Assembly (NCBI GenBank): GCA_001823535.1
Contig: MHUT01000012.1
Span: 355-64,354, forward strand
Source: Candidatus Yonathbacteria bacterium RIFCSPHIGHO2_02_FULL_44_14
GTDB lineage: Bacteria > Patescibacteriota > Minisyncoccia > Phycocordibacterales > UBA1550
Reading direction: 5' to 3'
DNA length: 64,000 nt
Shown here: positions 27,380 to 36,621 of the stretch, piece after piece
Layout of the letters: every line of letters starts with the position of its first letter
How positions within the stretch are numbered: the stretch's first letter is position 1
Translations under genes and position numbers: made by a program
Notes under the pieces: generated by a model
What the model was told of the DNA's origin: nothing
The model's input: the letters and a program-made list of their open reading frames with translations, nothing else
Database searches by the model: none

Positions 27380-27496
27380 GTGGTCATTATACCTTAATGC
27401 GTTAAAAAAAGCCGCTACTTTTTGCTGTAAAAATTATTGAGCCACGATTTGGGAAAAATTGTCCACGGTCACATCCTCCAAACTGGATATTTCACT

Positions 27497-28045
27497 TTAA
27501 AGTTTCCATTCAATGAACGCGAAGTTCTCTGTCGTGAGGCCATAATCAAGAGACTTCTCGAGCCACTGTATTTGGGTCTCCCGAATATTGTCTTTCTTTT
27601 GACGCTTGAGTTCAATGAACAACATCATATCTCCTTTCCACACGAACACATCCCAACAACCACCAGACCGACCAGTCTTGGCACGGATGGAGTCAATTAA
27701 TTCTTTTTGTTTTTGTGGAATCTCTATGGGGTCAACAACATCAGGAAGACCGACTCTGTAATTTCTTCTGTACGAATCAACCCATACGCCATTCCATCCA
27801 TGTGATTGAAGCAAACGCAAAACGGCGAGCTCTGCAAATACAGGCTCGCCGTTCCAATCGACAACTGGTTTGTTGTTATATGTGTTAGGTATCGATGCTC
27901 CTTTCCATGGAGTGAGTGTAAGAAAATATTTCTGCATGGAAATTTGCTCACCCGAAGGAAGCGAGAATATTTCGCCATCAACTTTGTATGGTTGTAAAAA
28001 CTCAAGATTACCTTCTTGAGAAGTATGAGTATGGTCGTCGTCCAT
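27497..28045 (-). CDS. VRR-NUC family PD-(D/E)xK nuclease
   Basis: GCWDVFVW...FIELKRQKKDNIRETQIQWL. Start probably ATG 28045. Confidence 0.8.
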   Translation of the reverse strand: MDDDHTHTSQEGNLEFLQPYKVDGEIFSLPSGEQISMQKYFLTLTPWKGASIPNTYNNKPVVDWNGEPVFAELAVLRLLQSHGWNGVWVDSYRRNYRVGLPDVVDPIEIPQKQKELIDSIRAKTGRSGGCWDVFVWKGDMMLFIELKRQKKDNIRETQIQWLEKSLDYGLTTENFAFIEWKL

Positions 28046-28253
28046 ATTTGTTCGTCGCGATTTTGTTATACCTAATTTGGGGTACAAAAAGCCCGCTACC
28101 AGGAAGGCACCTTGCGGTAACCTCTACCAGAGTTTCCCCTGGTAACGCGACGAACGCCCTGATAACGGGTTCTTTATGTTCGTCGCGATTTGCAGCCATA
28201 CCCTAAAGATTTTTGAAACCCTTTAGGGGTTAGGCCGACTTCTATGAAGTTGT
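28046..28253 (-). promoter_or_regulatory. Structured ~200-nt leader of the VRR-NUC gene
   Basis: Extended -10 TGCTACAAT at 28268-28260; several hairpins; two CGCGACGAAC copies and one complementary copy. Confidence 0.55.
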
Positions 28254-28786
28254 AAGTGCATTGTAGCAGAAAATCTGCTACTCCTCCATTTAAGCTTAGT
28301 TCTGAAGATTTGTGTAGCTCAGTTGTCTACACCTGTGGATAACTCAATTTACACTGTCCCGCGAAAAACCGTGATGGAATTTGAGTATTTTTCAGCTCAT
28401 CTCTATCTATTTACACTACTGACATCCTTGACAGAAAAAATCAAAAAAGTGGCTAAAAATCTATTGCAATTTTTATAAATCAATGAAACAATATGTATGT
28501 TAGCTCATTTCATATTTATAAATACCTGTCGCTTACGCGACAAACGCTCCTATCTTCAGAGGTGAATGCCAAGGCAGACTGAAGCGAGGGTCGTTGATAG
28601 GATTTACATATAACAACTGATCGGTACTGGGGTCACAAGCCAGAAAGGTGTCCGATGAAGAACTGTAAATCGAGTAAATAACAAACGGAAGTTTGTCGTT
28701 TATTTGATTTACAGTTTTTTGTATATCAATAAACGTCAGACATCCATTTGAGATGTGCTGACGTTTATTCGTTATTAACAAAAAAT

Positions 28787-30109
28787 ATGGATATTAAAAT
28801 CACGTATGTGCCTATTGGTTCTTTGAATCCAAGCACATACAATCCACGCAAGTGGAACGAGGCGCAAACTAATGCACTCAAAGAATCGATTACAAAGTTT
28901 GGAATAGTTGACCCCGTCATTTGCAACTCTGCATCTGAACGAATGAACACGGTGATTGGCGGACACTTTCGATTGAAGGTTGCTAAAGACCTCGGACATA
29001 CTGAGATGCCAGTGGTCTATGTAAATATTCCTGATATCGAGAAAGAAAAAGAACTAAATGTGCGATTGAATAAGAACCTCGGTGAGTTTGACTTCGAGCT
29101 TCTGAAAGATTTCGGTGAAGCGTTCCTCGGCGAAATGGGTTTTAGCACTGAAGAGCTTGATAATATATTTGCGATTGACCCAACCCCAGAAGTATTCGAC
29201 TTGGAAAAGGAGCTGGAGAAGCTCAACATTCACGAAATTAAAGTAGAGAAGGGTGACATATACGAAATTGATGGATCACGGCTCATGTGTGGTGACAGCA
29301 CTATTGAATCCGACATGCTGAAACTGATGGAAGGAGCACAGGTGGATATGGTATGCACTGATCCCCCCTATATTTTGGACTACCTCAAAGGGAAAACAAA
29401 ACAAAAGGACGGAGTGACTGAAGGGTTCGGACTGAAGAAGAATCGTAAGTATCTTGAGACAGATGTGCTGCCATACAACTTCACAGAACTCTGGATGGCA
29501 AGCGTGGCAAAGGTGCAGAAGCCAGACTTCTCTATCATGATATTTGAGCATCCAAAGAATCTCCGCACTATCTGGAATGAATTGGAGAAACACTGGAAAT
29601 ACCGCAACACCATTACATGGCATGTTCCCAATCGTGTGCAGGGATTTGCGGCTAAGTACAAATTCTTTAACAAGAGTGATATCGCTCTGGTTGGCACTGA
29701 TGGAGAGATAGCTCTTAATCTTGAGACAGAGAGTGACGAGCTTTTTCAGAATGAATACGAGAATGCAATCTTTGCAACTTCTGGGAAACCTCATTTCGAG
29801 TCATATGAGAAAGGCAAGAAGATTTGTCCAACTGATTTCATTGACCATATTGCGGCCGACGAAAAATCTTCGGGGCAAGGAATTATCTTTGGCACAAAGC
29901 CGTTAGAATTATTGATCCCCTACATCAAGGTACTGACCAAACGTGGTGACTTGGTGCTTGAGCCATTCGGTGGATCAGGAAGTACACTCATTGCTTCGCT
30001 GAAGCTTGGGCGTAATTGTCGCATCATGGAAAAGTCCCCCGTGTATACGGAAGTGATAAAGGGTCGTTGGGAGAAGCACACGGGAAAGAAGGCGAAGAAG
30101 ATTAACTAA
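28787..30109 (+). CDS. ParB-N domain fused to a DNA N6/N4 methyltransferase
   Basis: YNPRK...VIGGHFRLK (ParB-like), followed by MCGDST, TDPPY, TKP and EPFGGSGST. Start ATG 28787. Confidence 0.9.
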   Translation: MDIKITYVPIGSLNPSTYNPRKWNEAQTNALKESITKFGIVDPVICNSASERMNTVIGGHFRLKVAKDLGHTEMPVVYVNIPDIEKEKELNVRLNKNLGEFDFELLKDFGEAFLGEMGFSTEELDNIFAIDPTPEVFDLEKELEKLNIHEIKVEKGDIYEIDGSRLMCGDSTIESDMLKLMEGAQVDMVCTDPPYILDYLKGKTKQKDGVTEGFGLKKNRKYLETDVLPYNFTELWMASVAKVQKPDFSIMIFEHPKNLRTIWNELEKHWKYRNTITWHVPNRVQGFAAKYKFFNKSDIALVGTDGEIALNLETESDELFQNEYENAIFATSGKPHFESYEKGKKICPTDFIDHIAADEKSSGQGIIFGTKPLELLIPYIKVLTKRGDLVLEPFGGSGSTLIASLKLGRNCRIMEKSPVYTEVIKGRWEKHTGKKAKKIN

Positions 30110-30117
30110 CCACTTCT

Positions 30118-30804
30118 ATGCCTTCTCCTAAAACAAAGAACAAAACGGAGAAGCGATTGGAAACATTAGCGGTAAAGACAAGGGCGCAGAAGCAGGCGTT
30201 CCTCGAACAGCTCCCAAAGTATCCGATAGTACAGGTCGCCTGTGAGAAATCAGGTGTCGGTCGTTCGACGTACTATGCGTGGCGAAAGGATGATAAAGAA
30301 TTCGCGAAGGAAGCCGACAAAGCCATTAGTAGTGGTGAGCTCTTCATCAACGATATGGCAGAGTCGCGCCTCATTCAGAATATTCAGAACGGTAACAACA
30401 CCGCCATTATCTTTTGGCTGAAGAATCATCACGGTGGATACAATGACCGTATCGTGCATGAGCATGAACACTCACTTGAGCTTGTGGATGAGGATCGCAA
30501 GGCTATCGTAAAAGCCCTGATGAACATCGGTCTTGGAAATGTTCTCGTGAATAACGGCATAGACCCAGAGCAGTGGCACGAAAAACAGCGACTTGAAAAA
30601 GAGGAGCACATGAGGCGGGTAAATGGGGTCATTGGGTCTGCACCAGAAAAGGCGGATACTATTTTTAAAATTCCTTCTCGTCCCAGTCCACCAGCAGTTG
30701 AAATGCCAAACACTCCACCAAAAAAGCGACCAGTGAAAAAAGGGATAAACCTTAAAGAGTACTTCAGTGATGTAGCGGTTAAGAAGTGCCTTGGGAGTAA
30801 ATAG
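30118..30804 (+). CDS. HTH protein resembling a phage terminase small subunit
   Basis: ACEKSGVGRSTYYAWRKDDKEF...AESRL...AIIFWLKN. Confidence 0.7.
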   Translation: MPSPKTKNKTEKRLETLAVKTRAQKQAFLEQLPKYPIVQVACEKSGVGRSTYYAWRKDDKEFAKEADKAISSGELFINDMAESRLIQNIQNGNNTAIIFWLKNHHGGYNDRIVHEHEHSLELVDEDRKAIVKALMNIGLGNVLVNNGIDPEQWHEKQRLEKEEHMRRVNGVIGSAPEKADTIFKIPSRPSPPAVEMPNTPPKKRPVKKGINLKEYFSDVAVKKCLGSK

Positions 30805-30869
30805 TTGTCTACTTCTTGTCTACAACCCCGCCTAGGATACCTAGCGGGGTTGTGTCATTCCTTGTGTAT

Positions 30870-32189
30870 ATGAGCAAAATTGAAATGCCAGTTGGGGCTA
30901 TGGCGAGGGAGATTCAAGCCCCCGTAAGGGTTAAATATTGCCTGTACGCGAGAAAAAGTACAGAAAGTGAAGAACAGCAGGTCTTATCGATTGATAGCCA
31001 AATTAAGGAGATGCTCCAAATGGCAGAAAGGGACCATTTGGAGATTGTGGAAATCAAGAAAGAATCGCACTCGGCAAAGGAGGCTGGGCAACGGCCTGTC
31101 TTTAACGAGATTGTCGAGGAGATTAAAAGCGGTAAATTCAACGGCATCCTCACTTGGGCACCAGATCGCATCTCAAGAAACGCGGGAGACCTAGGGAGAA
31201 TTGTTGACTTGATGGATTCAGGCAGACTTCACGAGATACGCACCTATGGGCAGAAATTTAGCAACAACCCGAACGAGAAATTCTTACTGATGATCCTCGG
31301 ATCACAGGCGAAACTCGAGAACGACAACAAGGTGGTCAATGTAAAGCGTGGGTTACGTGCGCGATGTGAGATGGGTCTGTGGCCGTGTACCGCCCCTACT
31401 GGATACCTAAACAGTACTAATACCGAGAGAAGCTGTCATGTAGAAGTTGATATCGAGAGGGCTCCTATAATAAAGAAAATGTTTGAGAAAATAGCATACG
31501 AAGGATATAGTGGTCGCAAAGTACACTCATGGTTAAAAGACGAGATGAAATTCAAAACAAGAAATGGTAAACCTCTCAACGTAGGTAACATTTCTTTAAT
31601 ACTGAGAAATACTTTCTACTATGGAACCTTCGAATACCCGAAGAAGGGCGGGCAATGGTATCAAGGAAAACATACGCCAATAATAACCAAGGAGCTTTTC
31701 GACAAAGTGCAGGAGAGCCTCGTGGGCTACTCCACAAACAACGCAAGCAAAGAATTCGCCTTCACAAAACTGCTAACCTGCGGACTGTGCGGATCAGGGA
31801 TTACTGCCGATGAGAAATTCAAGAAACAACAAAATGGAACAGTACATCGGTACGTCTACTATGGATGTTGCAGATTTAGAGACAAAAACTGCAAATCAGG
31901 GTACATGCGAGAAGAGGATTTAATAGATCAACTTGCAGAACTCATGGATGAAATTCACCTTAATGAGATAGGGATGAAGGAAAAAATAAAAGAAGAAATC
32001 GAACGACACAAGAAATTCGAATCAGGATTACTTGGTATAAAGAGTACAACGGTAAAAATTGCCGACATCGACATACGAAACTACGCAAAATATATTTTGA
32101 GAGATGGAAAGACCTCAGAAAAACGAGAATTACTAACCTGCCTGAGGAGTAAGGTAACGATGGCGGAGAAACGGATTAAAATTAGTTAA
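30870..32189 (+). CDS. Large serine recombinase (resolvase, recombinase and Zn-ribbon domains)
   Basis: Motifs YARKSTE, DRISRN, APTGY, CGLCG and YYGC...C. Confidence 0.95.
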   Translation: MSKIEMPVGAMAREIQAPVRVKYCLYARKSTESEEQQVLSIDSQIKEMLQMAERDHLEIVEIKKESHSAKEAGQRPVFNEIVEEIKSGKFNGILTWAPDRISRNAGDLGRIVDLMDSGRLHEIRTYGQKFSNNPNEKFLLMILGSQAKLENDNKVVNVKRGLRARCEMGLWPCTAPTGYLNSTNTERSCHVEVDIERAPIIKKMFEKIAYEGYSGRKVHSWLKDEMKFKTRNGKPLNVGNISLILRNTFYYGTFEYPKKGGQWYQGKHTPIITKELFDKVQESLVGYSTNNASKEFAFTKLLTCGLCGSGITADEKFKKQQNGTVHRYVYYGCCRFRDKNCKSGYMREEDLIDQLAELMDEIHLNEIGMKEKIKEEIERHKKFESGLLGIKSTTVKIADIDIRNYAKYILRDGKTSEKRELLTCLRSKVTMAEKRIKIS

Positions 32190-33184
32190 CTATTAGACCT
32201 ACTTCTGTATGACTCCAAAGATCCAGCGACCTCCTGCTTTTTCAGCGACTTAATTTTTAGAATAATCTCGTTTGAATATCTAGTTAAATCGCCCTCATTA
32301 GATCTCCAACAATACCTAGGGTCTTCTTTGAGTTTAAACTTAAAACATATAGCTTGAAAAGTGTAGGGTGTAAATTTCTCACCATTTAAGGATCCAATTT
32401 TTTGAACTATGTTTTTTTGACGCCATGGGTGTGTAATATTTGGATCTTGTATCTTTGTTATAATTAATGGGCCTCCTGTCGCACCACGTACACCATCAAC
32501 CCCTGCAACGAAATCAGCTTTTTCGATTTTTTTAACTGATTGTACGGAAACATTAAATATTGTCATTAGCCTAGCTGTATCATCTCCAGCCTTTTCAACC
32601 TCCTCCAAGCTTGCAACTAATGTATTCATGAACTGCCTGACTGCTGATCCTTTTGCGGTTGTATTTTTCGATCCTTGAGAAATATACTTTACAGGGTCGA
32701 TTGGTGGTTCAATCCCCAAAGGGATGAGTTGCCACGAAATATCGTGGGCTAAATTCTTTCCAAATATTTCTAGAAGTAAATCTTTAAAGTTAATTATATT
32801 TGTTTGTGCAAGTGAGTAAATTAAAATGCCAAAATTTTTTTCATTGTAAAAATGTACTGCGTTATCTCTGTATGTACTCAGAAGGCTGAGATTGGCACGA
32901 AGTGGTAAAGTTGGTATTTTTTTAGGAAAAAATTTTTCTGCTTTGGTAAAGGCATCTGTCATAGACATTGTTCTGTATGGTTCATTTCTTTTTTTTCGAT
33001 AGTATATCGAACCCCTATTTTTTGAAATAATAGCTTTAAGCAACAACTCCCATGAGTTCAGAAGTAGAATAACAAAAGTCTCCTCTCTATAGAGAAAGCT
33101 TGGTTTATTATATATTTCTATTGACGCAAGCAATGCACTTTTTGCATTCCGAAATAAGTGTCGCGAGGAGCCTTGGTAGTTCAT
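32186..33184 (-). CDS. DUF3644-like (HEPN-related) protein
   Basis: ALLASIEIYNKP..YREETFVILLLNSWELLLKA and an RxxxxH motif (RDNAVH). Confidence 0.8.
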   Translation of the reverse strand: MNYQGSSRHLFRNAKSALLASIEIYNKPSFLYREETFVILLLNSWELLLKAIISKNRGSIYYRKKRNEPYRTMSMTDAFTKAEKFFPKKIPTLPLRANLSLLSTYRDNAVHFYNEKNFGILIYSLAQTNIINFKDLLLEIFGKNLAHDISWQLIPLGIEPPIDPVKYISQGSKNTTAKGSAVRQFMNTLVASLEEVEKAGDDTARLMTIFNVSVQSVKKIEKADFVAGVDGVRGATGGPLIITKIQDPNITHPWRQKNIVQKIGSLNGEKFTPYTFQAICFKFKLKEDPRYCWRSNEGDLTRYSNEIILKIKSLKKQEVAGSLESYRSRSNS

Positions 33185-33362
33185 TATTACAATAATACAC
33201 TTATTTACACACGAAAAAAGCACCCAATTATTCCTCTCGGTAAAACCAGAGAGGGCATTGAAAATGCATAGTTTAAATACCATAAGTTCGATGTATTAGC
33301 GGGGTCGTGTTTTTAGCTGTCAAAAAACCTTTATTTTGTAGACCTCGGTCGGTCTCACATGC

Positions 33363-33437
33363 TGGTGCCCTCGGCAAGAATCGAACTTACATCTAATCCT
33401 TAGGACGGATCTGTTCTATCCATTGAACTACGAGGGC
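33363..33437 (-). tRNA. tRNA-Arg(CCT)
   Basis: GCCCTCGTAGTTCAATGGATAGAACA-GATCC GT CCT AA GGATT-AGATGTAAGTTCGATTCTTGCCGAGGGCACCA. Confidence 0.93.
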
Positions 33438-33492
33438 AATATGACACTTTAAGCTTATTCCGCTAACCTCTACTGTTGTCTAAACATATATT

Positions 33493-33547
33493 ATGGCCGA
33501 GCCTGCGTCCAAGACGTGAATTTGTTAATTCAGGATCTGCTGATTCG
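33493..33547 (-). repeat. Dispersed ~55-bp repeat, copy upstream of tRNA-Arg
   Basis: 54/55 identical to 19688-19742. Confidence 0.9.
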
Positions 33548-33558
33548 ACTACGAGAGC

Positions 33559-33604
33559 GTACTGTGTGGGAAAGGCGGCTTAAGCCGCCTTTCCCACACA
33601 GTAC
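33559..33604. terminator. Perfect 46-bp palindrome after the glutaredoxin gene
   Basis: GTACTGTGTGGGAAAGGCGGCTT|AAGCCGCCTTTCCCACACAGTAC. Confidence 0.7.
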
Positions 33605-33621
33605 AAATTCAATTCTATAAA

Positions 33622-33855
33622 CTACAAACCGAGAAGTCCCGAGAGGCGGGGTTTGTCGAAACCAACTATCATCTCATCGCCTACAAAAATTACCGGTACG
33701 CCCATCTGCCCACTGCGCTCAATCATCTCCTTGCGCTTCTCGAGATCGGTGCCAACATTATACTCGATATAATTCACATTGTTAGTCGCAAAAAACTCTT
33801 TGGCCATTTTGCAATATCCGCAGGTTGGGGTTGTGTAAATTGTTACTTCTTTCAT
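33622..33855 (-). CDS. Glutaredoxin/NrdH-like redoxin
   Basis: Motifs YTTPTCGYC, SGQMGVPVI and VGFD. Start ATG 33855. Confidence 0.92.
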   Translation of the reverse strand: MKEVTIYTTPTCGYCKMAKEFFATNNVNYIEYNVGTDLEKRKEMIERSGQMGVPVIFVGDEMIVGFDKPRLSGLLGL

Positions 33856-33944
33856 AGGGGTAAATATTATAAATTCTATCAATTATGGGATATCCCAAGA
33901 ACTTTTTCAGTTTACCATAATAGGCAAAAGCATACCAGAGCCTG

Positions 33945-34015
33945 TGCGGGTACCGGGAATCGAACCCGGGTCTCAACCTTGGGAAGGTCGCATCCTACCA
34001 CTAAACTATACCCGC
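33945..34015 (-). tRNA. tRNA-Gly(CCC)
   Basis: GCGGGTA acceptor, anticodon arm CGACC TT CCC AA GGTTG and GGTTCGATTCC T-arm. Confidence 0.95.
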
Positions 34016-34028
34016 AAATTTTTTGAGA

Positions 34029-34415
34029 CTACTTTTCGAGGAAAAAAGAATTAAAACGTTCCAAGATACTTTTCTTTTCCTCAGCCCCACTATTCTTACC
34101 TTTTTTAGCGCTATCGTCAACCACGACAACGATCTCCTCTCCTGGCAACGCAACAGTATATTTTTGCCGTACCTCTTCCTCAATCCCCTGTTCACTTTTA
34201 AGGCGTTTTAGGCTCTGTTGGAGCGTGTCAGTGCGGGATTCAAGCTGGAGTAGAGAGCGCTCGGCGATATCCCGCTCCGAAACCGCAATTTTAGCTTTTT
34301 CGTGAATATTCCAAGCTCCCCTGCCGACAACAAAAAGGACCACAAAAAGGACCACGAGGGTTATCTTGGAATAGAGGATTTTCCTCATTTTTTTACGTTC
34401 TTGAAATGGGATCAT
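34029..34415 (-). CDS. Septum formation initiator (FtsB/DivIC family)
   Basis: TM helix, coiled coil and GIEEEVRQKYTVALPGE. Start ATG 34415. Confidence 0.85.
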   Translation of the reverse strand: MIPFQERKKMRKILYSKITLVVLFVVLFVVGRGAWNIHEKAKIAVSERDIAERSLLQLESRTDTLQQSLKRLKSEQGIEEEVRQKYTVALPGEEIVVVVDDSAKKGKNSGAEEKKSILERFNSFFLEK

Positions 34416-34608
34416 TTTTAGGGTTCCAGTTGACAAGCCTACATAAATGCGGGTATCTTCCCGTCGCCGATTAGACTTTATACAGGCTATGATGTAGTAT
34501 ACGAGAATATTAGTTAATTTTACACCCCCGTTATATTCAAGCGAGTGCGCGAACATAAAACTTGCTAGTTTTATGTTCCGAGCGAGCGTAGAATATATAG
34601 TAATCTAT

Positions 34609-34722
34609 ATGATGTTCGACAAAAAATACAAGAAATACTGGAATACATTTGGAGTCGTAGTTTCCATCCTTGTCATTGTGAGTATGATACTCCTCTACGC
34701 TGCTCCGTCCCTCTCTCGATAG
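34609..34722 (+). CDS. 37-aa single-TM small protein (below the ORF-track cutoff)
   Basis: MMFDKKYKKYWNTFGVVVSILVIVSMILLYAAPSLSR*. Confidence 0.6.
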   Translation: MMFDKKYKKYWNTFGVVVSILVIVSMILLYAAPSLSR

Positions 34723-34812
34723 ACAGATTTTAAGGTTTTGTTGCTAAGGGTTTCATAAAAAATGAGGTTTCGTACTTTGTACAGAACCGCATTTTTCTAT
34801 ATCTATATTCGA

Positions 34813-36621
34813 TTACTTCCCTTCCCCGCCACGGACCATTTTCAAAAATACCTCATGTGGAATGTCCACTGTGCCCCGAGCCTGCATCTTTTTCTTTCCC
34901 CGCTTCTGCTTTTCCCATAATTTTTTCTTTCGAGAAATATCTCCACCATATAAATACCCCGTCACATCTTTTTTCATCGCTGTAAGCGAACGCGAGGAAA
35001 TAATACGCCCAAGCCCTTGTCCCTGAATCTTCACATTGAAAAGTTGCCGTGGCAGTATGCCATGAAGCTTTTCCACCATATCTTCTGCTTCTCGCTCGAT
35101 GCGACGACGTGACACGACTTTTGAAAAAGCGGGTACGATCTCCTCGGCAACTAAAATATCGAGACGCGCCACATCCGCCTCACGAAGTCCGGCAAGTTCG
35201 TAAGCAAGAGAAGCAAAACCAGACGAAACACTCTTGAGATCATCAAAAAAATTACGCATGAGCTCACGAAGAGGCATCTCGACCTCGATTACCGTACGAT
35301 TATCACCAAAAAGCTCAGTTGCGCCAACAACAGCTTCGTGTTCGTACAAGAGTGTCATGATTGGACTCACAAAATCAGGTGGCGTGATTATTTTTACTTT
35401 AACCCACTGTTCGAAAATTTTGCTTGTTGAGCCATAGTCGGGGAAAAGATGCGCTGAGTAGATAATTTCGTGTTTTCCATTGTTCCTCATTTCAACCTCA
35501 TAAGTAATCGAGGGAGTTGTGACAATGATTTCAAGGGTGAATTCACGGCGTAGACGCTCAGTCACAATCTCCATATGGAGCATTCCGAGAAATCCGCAGC
35601 GGAAACCTCGCCCGAGGACACCAGATACTTCTTCCTCAAACGACAACGACGAGTCCGAGAGGCATAGAATCTCGAGCGCTTGCCTAAGTGCAGTAAAATC
35701 ATCCGCACTTTCTGGATACACCGAGGCCCACACCACTGGTCGCGGCTTCATATATCCCTCAAGTGGAGCGAGGGTACTCCTTTGGGCCATAATCGTATCT
35801 CCAACGGATGCGATGCCCGGTTTTTTAATCCCCGTCAAAATATATCCAATTTCTCCAGCAGAGATGACCTCGGTATCCACCATGTCGGGATGAAAAATAC
35901 CTACACCTAGAGCGCCAAATTTTTCTCCCGCTTGTGCAAATACAAGCGTATCATTTTTTGAGGCCTTCCCATCAAGCACACGCACATACACAATAATCCC
36001 TTTGTGGCTCGAATAACCAAAGTCAAACACTAGAGCGCGAAGCGGCCCATCTGACCCCTTTTCTGATACTGGTGCCTGAATGCGCTCAATTACTGCGCCG
36101 AGAATTTCTAGCACTCCCTGCCCTGTCTTGCCAGACACCTCAAGCACTTCACTTGGGTCAATATCAAGCAACTTTGCTACTTCTTCTTTCACTTCATGCA
36201 CACGTGCAAGAGGTGAGTCAACTTTTGAAACTGCAGGAATAATCACGAGACCTCCCTCCCGCGCCATAGCAAGCACGGAAAGCGTCTGCGCTTGTACTCC
36301 CTGCGTAGAATCCACGAGGAGGATCGTTCCTTCCACAGCCTTCATAGCGCGTGATACTTCGTAAGCAAAGTCGATGTGCCCCGGTGTGTCGATGAGGTTC
36401 AAAACATATTTCTCACCTTTGTACATGTGCTCCATGCGCACCGGCTGCATCTTAATAGTGATGCCACGTTCTCGTTCGAGCTCCATAGAGTCAAGGACTT
36501 GTTCCTTCATTTTGCGCGCCTCCACTGTGCCCGTCACCTCGAGCATGCGGTCCGCAAGCGTCGACTTGCCGTGGTCAATGTGCGCGATGATAGAAAAGTT
36601 TCGGAGGTGTTTGAGGTCCAT
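34813..36621 (-). CDS. lepA: Elongation factor 4
   Basis: Motifs AHIDHGKST, GFRCGFLGMLH and YGGDISRKKKL. Confidence 0.98.
   Translation of the reverse strand: MDLKHLRNFSIIAHIDHGKSTLADRMLEVTGTVEARKMKEQVLDSMELERERGITIKMQPVRMEHMYKGEKYVLNLIDTPGHIDFAYEVSRAMKAVEGTILLVDSTQGVQAQTLSVLAMAREGGLVIIPAVSKVDSPLARVHEVKEEVAKLLDIDPSEVLEVSGKTGQGVLEILGAVIERIQAPVSEKGSDGPLRALVFDFGYSSHKGIIVYVRVLDGKASKNDTLVFAQAGEKFGALGVGIFHPDMVDTEVISAGEIGYILTGIKKPGIASVGDTIMAQRSTLAPLEGYMKPRPVVWASVYPESADDFTALRQALEILCLSDSSLSFEEEVSGVLGRGFRCGFLGMLHMEIVTERLRREFTLEIIVTTPSITYEVEMRNNGKHEIIYSAHLFPDYGSTSKIFEQWVKVKIITPPDFVSPIMTLLYEHEAVVGATELFGDNRTVIEVEMPLRELMRNFFDDLKSVSSGFASLAYELAGLREADVARLDILVAEEIVPAFSKVVSRRRIEREAEDMVEKLHGILPRQLFNVKIQGQGLGRIISSRSLTAMKKDVTGYLYGGDISRKKKLWEKQKRGKKKMQARGTVDIPHEVFLKMVRGGEGK

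Larger units (their letters stand above)
21559..33370. mobile_element. Integrative defence island (~11.8 kb) at the 3' end of tRNA-Arg(CCT)
   Basis: Encodes a large serine recombinase and R-M/nuclease cargo. TGGTGCCC is repeated at 21559-21566 and 33363-33370 (tRNA 3' end); GTCGGTCTC lies inside both ends (21570-21578, 33348-33356). Confidence 0.7.

Noticed and set aside
28548-28602. SAM-I-like riboswitch upstream of the methyltransferase (CCTATC...GATAGG)
   Set aside because: Only the P1-like ends resemble it; I cannot find the kink-turn, pseudoknot or P3 consensus. Kept only as generic structure.
19688-33547. The two 55-bp direct repeats as attL/attR of a 13.8-kb element
   Set aside because: Related copies occur at ftsA and ftsZ, each of these two copies is tied to a tRNA 5' region, and a better att core (TGGTGCCC) matches the tRNA-Arg 3' end.
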